This document shows positions 47,801 to 56,930 of a stretch of DNA of 64,000 nt, in pieces. The stretch covers positions 10,106,001 to 10,170,000 of the forward strand of contig NC_135672.1 of assembly GCF_964188315.1 (NCBI RefSeq). The letters are read 5' to 3'. Made by a program: the position numbers and the translations under genes. The notes below the pieces were generated by a model that was given only the letters and a program-made list of their open reading frames with translations, was not told the origin of the DNA and searched no databases. This stretch comes from Podarcis muralis. Taxonomy: Eukaryota. Position 1 is the stretch's first letter, and each line of letters opens with the position of its first letter.

Positions 47801-48517
47801 TCAGATTTCTCCGTTAGCAGTGTGCACGTTCCGCATGTGCTTTAAAAGGTTGGACTTGTGATTGAACGCCTTGGAGCACTGCTCGCAGCCGAAGGCCGGC
47901 TGGGCCTGGTGGGTGCGCCGGTGCTGCAGGAAGGTGGAGCGGTGGGTGAAGGCCTTGGCGCACTCGCCGCAGCGGTGCAGCCTCTCGCCCGTGTGCACCC
48001 TCTCGTGCTCCTTGACCGAGGCCTCCCACTTGAAGCGCCGGGCGCAGTGGGCGCAGGCGAAGGGCTTCTCCTGCGTGTGGATGCGCAGGTGCTTCACCAG
48101 GCAAGAGGTGCGCTTGAAGCGCTTGGGGCACTGGTGGCAGGCGAAGGGAGCCTCGTCCGAGTGCACCTTGCCATGCTTGTCCAGGTCGGCCCGCAGCTTG
48201 AAGCGCTTCCCGCAGGTCCGGCAGCGGAAGGGCCGCTTGGCCGAGTGCACAAGGCGGTGCTTGATGAGGTCAGCGCAGCGGGTGAAGGTCTTGGCGCAGC
48301 GCTTGCATTGGTAGGGTCGCTCGCCCGTGTGGATGCGCTGATGCTCGCGGAAGTTCGTCAGGTACTTGATGTCCTTCTCGCAGACGGCGCAGCGGAAGAC
48401 GTCCACCTCGGCGGGAGCGGAGGGGGCCTGGGGGCGCCTCGACTTGCCCAGCCGGACCACCACCTTCCTCCTCTTCTTCCGGGGGCGGGTTTTAGGAGGG
48501 GCACGTCCAGCATCCAT
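47801..48517 (-). CDS. C2H2 zinc-finger protein, 7 tandem fingers, basic NLS-like N-terminus
   Basis: Intact 238-aa ORF with seven C-x2-C...H-x3/4-H fingers, TGERP-type linkers and GC-rich third positions. Acceptor ttgccag| at 48523, 6 nt before the ATG. Confidence 0.93.
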   Translation of the reverse strand: MDAGRAPPKTRPRKKRRKVVVRLGKSRRPQAPSAPAEVDVFRCAVCEKDIKYLTNFREHQRIHTGERPYQCKRCAKTFTRCADLIKHRLVHSAKRPFRCRTCGKRFKLRADLDKHGKVHSDEAPFACHQCPKRFKRTSCLVKHLRIHTQEKPFACAHCARRFKWEASVKEHERVHTGERLHRCGECAKAFTHRSTFLQHRRTHQAQPAFGCEQCSKAFNHKSNLLKHMRNVHTANGEI

Positions 48518-48644
48518 GAGTGCCTGGCAAAGATGGAGCAGAGGCTCTATGGGGGTGGTGGGGTAGATTTATTTATTCATTTCATAAAAGGCATGCACTG
48601 ATTTATTGCAAAAGGAAAAGAAAGATTACTGGGAAATGATACTA

Positions 48645-48859
48645 CAGTGGTACCTCGAGTTACAGACGCTTCAGGTTACGGACTCCGCTAACCCAGAAAT
48701 AGTACCTCGGATTAAGAACTTTGCTTCAGGATGAGAACAGAAATTGCGCGGCGGCAGCTGGAGGCCCCATTAGCTAAAGTGGTGCTTCAGGTTAAGAACA
48801 GTTTCAGGTTAAGAACGGACCTCCGGAACGAATTAAGTACGTAACCAGAGGTACCACTG
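48645..48859. mobile_element. TcMar MITE, same family as 42890
   Basis: Perfect CAGTGGTACCTC terminal inverted repeats (TIRs); TA TSD. Confidence 0.9.
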
Positions 48860-48962
48860 TATTCATTTCATAAAAGGCATACACTGATTTGTTGGAAAAG
48901 GAAAAGAAAGATTACTGGGAAATGATACTAGATTCAAGTAGGTAGCTGTGTTGGTCTGCTGT

Positions 48963-49181
48963 CATGGGTAAGCAAACTAAGGCCCGGGGGCCGGATCCGG
49001 CCCAATCGCCTTCTAAATCCGGCCCACAGACAGTCCAGGAATCAGCGTGTTTTTGCATGAGTAGAATGTGTGCTTTTATTTAAAATGCATCTCTGGGTTA
49101 TTTGTGGGGCACAGGAATTGATTCATTCCCCACCTCCCCCAAAGGCTGAGGGACAGTGGACTGGCCCCCTGCTGACCCCTG
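48963..49181. mobile_element. hAT MITE (3264 family)
   Basis: CATGGGTAAGCAAAC...CTGACCCCTG. Confidence 0.85.
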
Positions 49182-49989
49182 GACTCTGCCATAGTCAAAA
49201 TAAATTAAAACAATTCTTTTAAAAGATAGTTTAAAAAACTCTTCTTAAAAACCTAAAAAGTCCCTTAAAAGAATCAAATCTTCAAAAAAGTTATATGATC
49301 TAAGAAAGTATTTAAAAGAATCCTTCCAAAAGAATTTTATAATTATAAAATTAGAGAGCAACTGAGTCGTTTTAGGTATAAGCTTTCATGTTTGGTATAG
49401 GCTTCCAAATGAAGTGTGTTGTTTGTGTCAGTGTGTACCCCAGGCGTTCTGCTTTTAGTGCCGCTTCTCGATTTCATCCTCCGGACCCAAGCTTTGCAGT
49501 TTTGACTCTTTATTTCTCTATCCATTTTGATTGGGGGTAGAGGGAAGGAAAAAGAAGCAAACATATAAATAAACACAGGCACGTGCACCCAAGAGACAGA
49601 GATGCTCGTGGTTTCTCTGCCCCCACGCATGCTGGTTTTGCAACCAGGCTGAAAATTTAAATAAATTCTGGGGGGCGGGCAAATAGCAACAACACACAGG
49701 CTGATTAGCAACCCACACCCTTATTGATAAAGAAACAAATATCATGCAATCACTCCTGTGAGCATTGCAAAGCCCTTAATAGCTTTAAATTGTATTTCAA
49801 TCAACTTGTTTTTATTATTGGTTGTTAGCCGCCCTGAGCCTGGAATTGGCTGGGGAGGGCGGGGTGTAAATAAAAATTTATTATTATTATTAATATTATT
49901 ATTAAAGCCCTTAATAGCTTTGCAATGCTATTAGGCCCCCCCCCAAAAAATACCATGCAATCTCACTTTATGCAAACCCTACCACTTAC

Positions 49990-50072
49990 TGGGCTCCAGC
50001 AAGAGGAGGCTGGGGATCAAATTGCCAACGGAAGCAGATAAAACTCCCCCAAGTCACAGCTCAGCCGGTACA
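49990..50072 (-). other. Candidate 5'UTR exon of the zinc-finger gene
   Basis: Pyrimidine-rich acceptor ggttttgtttccatctctcttag| and donor |gtaagt, no ATG inside. It lies between the CpG promoter and the coding exon. Prediction only. Confidence 0.4.
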
Positions 50073-50099
50073 CTAAGAGAGATGGAAACAAAACCAGCC

Positions 50100-51130
50100 T
50101 TTTCTGGCATATTAAGGGTAAAGTCACGTTGCCCATACTAAAGATGGCTGCCTGCGCCTCACACCCGCCCAAACAGAACGCCTAGTTCGCCCTGCGAGTT
50201 GGCGCGGCGCTCTGATTGGCTGCTGTTCCAATTCTCGCGACACTTCCTCTATCCTGCAGTTTCGACGGAAATGGACTGCCATAGAGCAGGAAGGGATAGA
50301 CTGGCCATGGGGGGGGGAAACACACACACTCGAATAACTATGATTTTTAAAAATATAATAATACTGGATATCTATCATCGATATGTTGACGCAAAGCAGC
50401 GCTGCCTTATGCCTTAGCAACTTGATGGTAGAGCGCGGCCTATACTTCCGGTAATGATGGAGGGCGGCGCTCTAGCCATCTCCCTATCTTCATGGTGGAA
50501 GCTGGGTTAAAAACAAGAATGGCGGTCGCTTCCCTCGCCGGCTTTTGATTGGCTGCTCGTCTCAAGAGCTCGAGGCGCGGCCCTCACCCAAAATGGCCGA
50601 CGCGCGGCCCTCACTCAAGATGGCGGCCGTCGCTAAGCGGCGCCCTCAGACAAAATGGCGACCAGCGAGAAGCGGCGCTCGGCGGCGGCGGCCGGCGGGA
50701 GCGACCCGGCCCGGCCGTCCCTTCCCTCGAACGGCGCCCCGCCGGAGAGCGAGGCGGAGTTCCTCCTGCAGGCGGGCGTGAGCGACATGGTCCGCGAGGC
50801 CCTCCTGAAGGTGCTGGAGGCGCGGCCTGACGAGCCCGTCGGCTTCCTGGCCGGCTACTTCGAGAGGCTGGCGCAGGGCGGCCCTGAGGAGGCCGAGGCG
50901 GGAGAGGCCTTGTCGGCGGCCGACGGCGGCGGGGAGCCCCGGGGGCTGCTGCGGGGGCGCCTCGGGCGGGCCTTGTGGTACCTGAGCCTGGCTCACCACT
51001 CCCACAGGTGCGGCAGGTGGGAAGGAAGGCCGGGGCGGGAAAAACTACAGCGCCCAGAATGCACCGCGGCAAGATTCGGGGCTCTTTCGCTGTGCTTTGG
51101 CGCGCGGGGCCTCCTGGGACATGAAGTCTT
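50100..51130. promoter_or_regulatory. Bidirectional CpG-island promoter shared by the ZNF gene and TPGS1
   Basis: YY1-type AAnATGGC motifs (50141, 50515, 50589, 50616, 50651), CCAAT boxes (~50213, ~50547), ETS ACTTCCGG (50444), ZNF143-type AACTACAGCGCCCAGAATGCACCGCGG (51043-51069). Confidence 0.7.
50655..51007 (+). CDS. TPGS1: Tubulin polyglutamylase complex subunit 1, exon 1
   Basis: ESEAEFLLQAGVSDMVREALLKVLEARPDEPVGFLAGYF...ALWYLSLAHHSH matches TPGS1; donor AG|gtgcgg. Confidence 0.95.
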
Positions 51131-51254
51131 TCCCCCTTTACCGTTTTTTCAGAGGAAAAGCGAATTATTATTGTTAGCTGCCCTGAGCCCGGCTTCCGGG
51201 ATATAAATAAAAAAATATTATTTATTATTATTATTAGGAAGAGTGAACGCTTTA

Positions 51255-51700
51255 ATTTTTTTCAATTTTTTTTTGTTTTCGCAACATTATAAACAAACAA
51301 ACAAACACATAAGACAAACATAAATCATAGCCTTATTGAAAATTACACTTATTAACATTGTTAGGTAACTTCCTCGCTTCCCCTTGGTTGAATTTCATTG
51401 CATGTCCTTGTAACGGTTTTCCAAATCGCAGTTCTTGTAAAATTTAACGTAAACATTAACATCCTTAGATCTTCACATTAAGAAATTAAACATATTAATT
51501 CAACACTTAACATAAATAATATCCTAAGCCAATTAAATGTCTGCAAGCTGTTTTCAGTTAATTTAACTTAACGTATTTAGCTAAGTAATCATTAAATTTA
51601 ATCCACTCTTCCTGATACTACTCCTTCAGGACGCGGACTCTTCCGGTTAGGTTGGCTAGCTCCGAAAAATCCATCATCTTCATCTGCCATTCTTGTATCG
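51255..51700 (-). mobile_element. L1 3' end
   Basis: Minus-strand peptide QEWQMKMMDFSELANLTGR resembles the 35515 C-terminus; A-rich tail. Confidence 0.75.
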
Positions 51701-51715
51701 ACCTCCCCCCGCCCT

Positions 51716-51846
51716 CCCAAAAGCATCCATTCTTTGGCGATCAGCCTTCTTTATGGTGCAGCTCTCACTTCCATACATCACTACTGGGAAAACCATAGCT
51801 TTAACTATACAGACCTTTGTTGGCAAGGTGATGTCTCTGCTTTTTA
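51716..51846 (-). mobile_element. Bov-B internal fragment in the TPGS1 intron
   Basis: Near-identical to 18780-18905. Confidence 0.88.
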
Positions 51847-51986
51847 GTCAAAATGACTAGGTGGGAATTAATCATACCAAGGACAAAATTTCCTTACCGT
51901 AGCCAGATTATTCTCTCGCTCAATATCACTTAGGGCTCTGTCTAGTTAAATTGTCTGCTTTACCTGTTTTATGTTCCTTCCCGTAG

Positions 51987-52518
51987 GATGGCCTTTAACA
52001 ACAACGTCAGTGTGGCCTATGATTCCCTGTCCGCCGCCGGCAGGCGCAAGAAGCCCGGAGTCAGCGGGAAGCTCTACAGCGAGCTGCTGAGACTGATGTG
52101 CCAAGACAAGGGCACGCCAGAAGACATCGCTCTGCCCCTGCTGAGCAAGGTCGGCTGCCGAGACCACGAGGCGGTGCCCTTTGACATCTTCCGCTACGGC
52201 GTCCTCACCTGCCTGGTCCTCCTCGAATTCCTGGCCAAGGCAGACTTGCTTTTCAACGCACTGGGCGGCGGCTCGGGGGCGGCGGACAAACGAGTCTGTG
52301 CGGCGGTCCTGGGGACCCTGGAAGACGCCCTTTGCCCCGCCGAAGTCGCAGCCCCCATCCGCTTCCTGGAGGCCGGGTCCAAGCTTGGGCCGGATTGCTT
52401 GGCTTCGGCCATGGACAAAGCGCTGGGTGAGCGGAAACCAAGCGTGGCCATGAAGAAAGAGGAGTTCCTCCAGAGAGCCTCGTCCATCTTCGTGGCGAGA
52501 GTGAAACCCGTTGAATGA
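51987..52518 (+). CDS. TPGS1: TPGS1 exon 2
   Basis: ccgtag|G; AFNNNVSVAYDSLSAAGRRKKPG...CRDHEAVP...FLEAGSKLGPD...FVARVKPVE*. Joined CDS 885 nt, 294 aa. Confidence 0.96.
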
Positions 52519-53042
52519 GCTCTGAAGTGGGGCAGGTGGGTTTGTGTGTGTGTGTGTGCTTCGTCTGGTTCCCTGATCACCAACCTGGCGGTTCATCTAG
52601 GATAGAGAGACAATGCCAACTTCTTGTTTTGGGCCGGCGATGGAGAGAGATCGAAACGGAGCAACAATTTACCGACTTCGCTTTCTGAGGTTCAGTAGAG
52701 CTGCATGACTGATGTCCAAAACTGCTGCTCTTTTGTTGAGTAAATCTCATGTCAAACACTGGATAGGTTTGAAGGATGAAGGAGATATTTAAATTGGGTT
52801 ATTTATATTGCAAACTGTCTCAGATTTCTTTCTTTCCTCTTCTTTTATTACACCACACAAGTCATTGCACCAGTCCACACCTTTTCTGGGTGTGCCCAGA
52901 ATGTGGTCCCGGCTGCCCACCTTCCCCAGTCAGATTTTGGAAATTTGCACACAAGACCGGTGTTTTTTTACTGTGCTTTTTTTGCTCTCAATGCTGAACT
53001 GTGTGCTTAGACTTTTTAGATTTATTATTTCAGAACATAATA

Positions 53043-53295
53043 CAGTGGTACCTCTGGTTGCAAAGGGGATCCGTTCCGGAGCCCCCTTCGCAATATGAGC
53101 AGAATGCAATCTGCGCTTGCGCGGGTCGCGATTCGCGATTCGCCACTTCTGCACATGCGCGTGACGTCATTTTGAGCGTCTGTGCATGTGTGAGCGGCGA
53201 AACCCGGAAGTAACCCTTTCCAGTACTTCCAGGTTGCCGCGGGACGCAACCTGAAAAGATTTAACCTGAAGCAAACGTAACAAGAGGTATGACTG
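53043..53295. mobile_element. TcMar MITE
   Basis: CAGTGGTACCTC...GAGGTATGACTG. Confidence 0.82.
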
Positions 53296-53721
53296 CACAT
53301 CGCTTGGTTGTTTAAAATAAACCACAAAAAACTCAAAAGCTGTTTTTGAAAGGAATTAAACAATAAAATTTTCAGCCAAAAGGAAAAAAAGAAACAGCTT
53401 AGAAAACTGCAATTTAAAACATTGAGAATAAACTAAAAGCAGGTTAGAACACACTTAATCATTTCTAGATATATGGATGGGATTGTCTTAACAAAAGTGT
53501 TTTTAGCCCACACCAAAAATAGTGCAGCGAAGGTGCCTGCGATCAACAGGCAGGGAGTTTCAAAGTGTAGGTCATGCTGCTTTTTTTACAAATGCACTGT
53601 GGAACTCCCTGCCTATTGATGTCAAGTAGGTACCTTCACTGCACTCTTTTCGGCACCTGCCTGGTGCTCAGGCCTATTTCCAGGGTACATCTCCACACAC
53701 TCTTTGCCTGACTCGGATGTA

Positions 53722-54433
53722 CAGTGGTACCTCGGGTTAAGTACTTGCCGTATTTTTCGCCCTATAGGACGCACTTTTCCCCTTCCAAAAATGAAGGGGA
53801 AATGTGTGTGCGTCCTATGGGGCAAATGCAGGCTTTCGCTGAAGCCTGGAGAGCGAGAGGAGTCGGTGCGCACCGACCCCTCTCGCTCTCCAGGCTTCAG
53901 GAAGCTATCCGCAAGCCTTGGGAGCCCGCGGGAGTTACCACTGGGCTCCCAAGGCTTGCGGACAGCAGCCTGCCGCCCGAAACCTGGGGAGCACAGCGGA
54001 GAGCACCCCAGGCTTTGGGCAGCTCTCCGCAACCCTCAGGAGCCCGGCGCAAATTTGCGCCGGGCTCCCACAGCTTGCGGGGCGCTGCCTGTTCTGGGGG
54101 CTGGGGTTGAGGGAAGCTCGGGCTTCCCCCGCCCCAGCCCCGCGCCTGGGGGGAGGATTTTTTCTTTATCCCCCCCCCAAAAAACTAGATGTGCCCTATG
54201 GGGCGAAAAATACGGTAATTCGTTCCGGAGGTCCGTTCTTAACCTGAAACTGTTCTTAACCTGAAGCACCACTTTAGCTAATGGGGCCTCCTGCTGCTGC
54301 CACGCCGCCGGAACACAATTTCTGTTCTTATCCTGAAGCAAAGTTCTTAACCTGAAGCACGATTTCTGGGTTAGAGGAGTCTGTAACCTGAAGCATATGT
54401 AACCTGAAGCGTATGTAACCCGAGGTACCACTG
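53722..54433. mobile_element. TcMar MITE carrying a nested Tc2-like MITE (53748-54215)
   Basis: Outer CAGTGGTACCTCGGG TIRs; inner CCGTATTTTTCGCCC...GGGCGAAAAATACGG. Confidence 0.88.
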
Positions 54434-55036
54434 TATCTTTGAACTGAGAGAATGTCACTCGCTTGCCTGATGAGGGAATGTCTTTGTGCCTCTACAGAAA
54501 CCTCTTGACTTTTGCATAGCTGGGATAAGCAAAGGTAATTGTAGAGGAGGGGTCGGCCGGTTCACGGTCCTGCAGATGCTGCGGTGGGCCGGAGTGCACA
54601 GGCACGCATGCGCAAACTCTATTTCCTGCGCTCCTTTTGGCGCGGAGGAGGCGTGCGCAGCTTCCCATTGGCTGCAGGAACTTCCATAGGTTAAACTAAC
54701 TCCTTTCCAGCCCCGGGAGGAGCGTTCGTGTGACACTCCTACTACACACTGCAGCAGACACACTAACATGTCGCGACACGTGGTTTGGAAAGCTCTGGTA
54801 TAGAAAAAAAATACCTTTAAGGTCAGCCAGACACCTTTTATCCTGGTAAGATCACTGAAATCTTTGGAGAAATTACCTGCTGATCATTCCCCACAACCTT
54901 GTGCTCATCTGCGCAACCCATAAACTCCTAGAAGCTGTGCATTCACTGTAGTGAAGCCCCAAGGCTGTGCTCTCTTTATTATCTTCATTTTAACAGATTT
55001 CCATGGTGTTTTAATACTGTTACTGTTTAATTAAAT

Positions 55037-55326
55037 GTTGTTGTTTAGTCATCTTAGTCGTGTTCGACTCTCTGTGACCCCATGAACCAAAGCATGCCTT
55101 GGAAACTCTCACTTTCTACTCAAAGCTTCTCCTTTTTTTATGTCCATGGAGTTTTCTTCGCAAAATACTGGAGTGGTTTGCCAGTTCCTTCTCCAGGTGG
55201 ATCACATTTAGTCTGAACTCTCAGCTATGACCTGTCCGTCTTGGGTGGCCCTGCACGGCATAGCTCATAGCTTCTCTGAGTTATTCAAGCCCCTTCGCCA
55301 CGACAAGGCAGTGATCCATGAAGGGG
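55037..55326 (-). mobile_element. Bipartite non-autonomous Bov-B derivative (5' end fused to 3' end)
   Basis: RTE 5' motif CACTGCCTTGTCGTGGCGAAGGGGCTTG; 3' GGGGTCAC...GACTAAACAACAAC tail; 11-bp TSD TTTAATTAAAT. Confidence 0.8.
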
Positions 55327-55794
55327 TTTAATTAAATAGTAATTAAAATTGTTGAATATATATATATTACTTTTTAATTAAACAATAACAGTATTAAAAC
55401 ACCATGGAAATCGTTAAAATGAAGATAATAAAAAGATAATACTAAAAAGAACACACACACACACACACAAGCTTTCTGTAGGTATATTTATATATATATA
55501 TATATATATATGCTTTCTGTAGTTAGCTGGACTTTCTTATTTTTGTAAGACGCCTTTGAGCCCCAGTCTGGGGAAGAGGTGGATTAGACGAAATAATAAT
55601 AATAATTCATTTCATGCTATTTATATACAGCTTGATTGCAAAAAGGACGGTAGTTTATCTGGGCTTTAATAATTTTTGTAAGCTGCCTTTGAGGCCTAGT
55701 CTGGGGAAGAGGTGGATTTTGAAGAAGAAATAACGATAATGATAATAATTCCATTTCATGCAATTTAGATACCGCTTGATTCCAAAAAGGCAAG

Positions 55795-56110
55795 GATAAC
55801 TGTGACTTTAAGGATGAATGGGAACCCTTTACAAAGTACCTGAAGATGCAACAAAGCGAACTGGACTCTGGAAGTTTTTGAATAAACATTCACAAACTTT
55901 TTATTGATAATAATCAGCTAAATAGTTTGAGGATCTATACAACTTTGTAACATGCAGAAAACAGCATTCTCAGAGAAACCAAAGACTGGAACTGAGGGAA
56001 GTCGGGGGGTGGGGGCGGGAGGAAAAATGGGGGGCGGGGACCAAGGATGATATGTTTTTGGATAATATCTCTTGCTTTAATTTTGAATAAATAAACTAAA
56101 AAAAAAATTC
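55795..56110 (+). mobile_element. L1 3' end
   Basis: FKDEWEPFTKYL-like terminal peptide, G-rich 3'UTR, AATAAA and poly(A). Confidence 0.65.
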
Positions 56111-56299
56111 CAAAAAGGCAAAAAACCACACCCTCAAGAGCAGTTTACAAAAGCACTGAAATCGCCTGTAAAAAACAAAAAAAGATTTAAAACAGCCATT
56201 GAAAAGATGTAGGTGATTAAACACACAGATAGATAAGAGAGAAATTCACAAGACACTTCCCCGCTTATTTGTTTGTGTGTTCAATACATGCGGAAGGCG

Positions 56300-56930
56300 C
56301 TCCTCGCAAAGCCTCCTGGGAAATGCAGTCCTCGCCCTCCGGTCCCGCCCTCTCCCCCACCTCCAGAGACGCCGCTCATTGGTAGCCGCGCGTGATGGGC
56401 GGGGACGAGGGCGTGTCGCCGCCGCCGCCGCCTCCAGGGGAGGAACTACGCCTCCCAAGCGGCCCCGCGCGCGCTCTCTCTGTTGTTGTCTTCGCCGTTC
56501 CAGCGGCTCGAGCCCCTCCGCGGCGCTCTTTCGGGTCCGCAGCGGCCTTCTCCCTCCGCGCGCGCCTCCCCCTCCGCCCGCCGCCCTTTCCCCCCTCCCC
56601 TCCCCGCCACGCTCCTCCTCTCCCCCGGCCTCGCCGCTCACGCGAGCCCCCGGCTTCACCCGAGGCCTACCCGTTCCCTCCGACCATGGCGCGGCCGTCC
56701 GTGCCCAGCTCGCAGAAGGCGCTGCTGCTGGAGCTGAAGGGGCTCCAGGAGGAGCCCGTGGAGGGTTTCCGCGTCAGCCTGGTGGACGAGGGGGACCTCT
56801 ACAACTGGGAGGTGGCCATCTTCGGGCCCCCCAACACCCACTACGAGGGCGGCTACTTCAAGGTGAGACGGCGCAGGGGGGAGGCTGGGGGTCGCGGGTG
56901 GAAAAACACACGGGGGCTGGGCCTTACTCC
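56300..56930 (+). promoter_or_regulatory. CDC34 CpG-island promoter
   Basis: CpG-rich; ZNF143-type ACTACGCCTCCCAAG at 56445; GC boxes; CCAAT (ATTGG) at ~56378. Confidence 0.75.
56686..56862 (+). CDS. CDC34: Ubiquitin-conjugating enzyme E2 R1, exon 1
   Basis: MARPSVPSSQKALLLELKGLQEEPVEGFRVSLVDEGDLYNWEVAIFGPPNTHYEGGYFK; donor AAG|gtgaga. Exon 2 was not found in the window. Confidence 0.97.

Noticed and set aside
47814-48601. 247-aa plus-strand ORF and other overlapping ORFs at the ZNF
   Set aside because: Antisense shadows of a GC3-rich zinc-finger exon.
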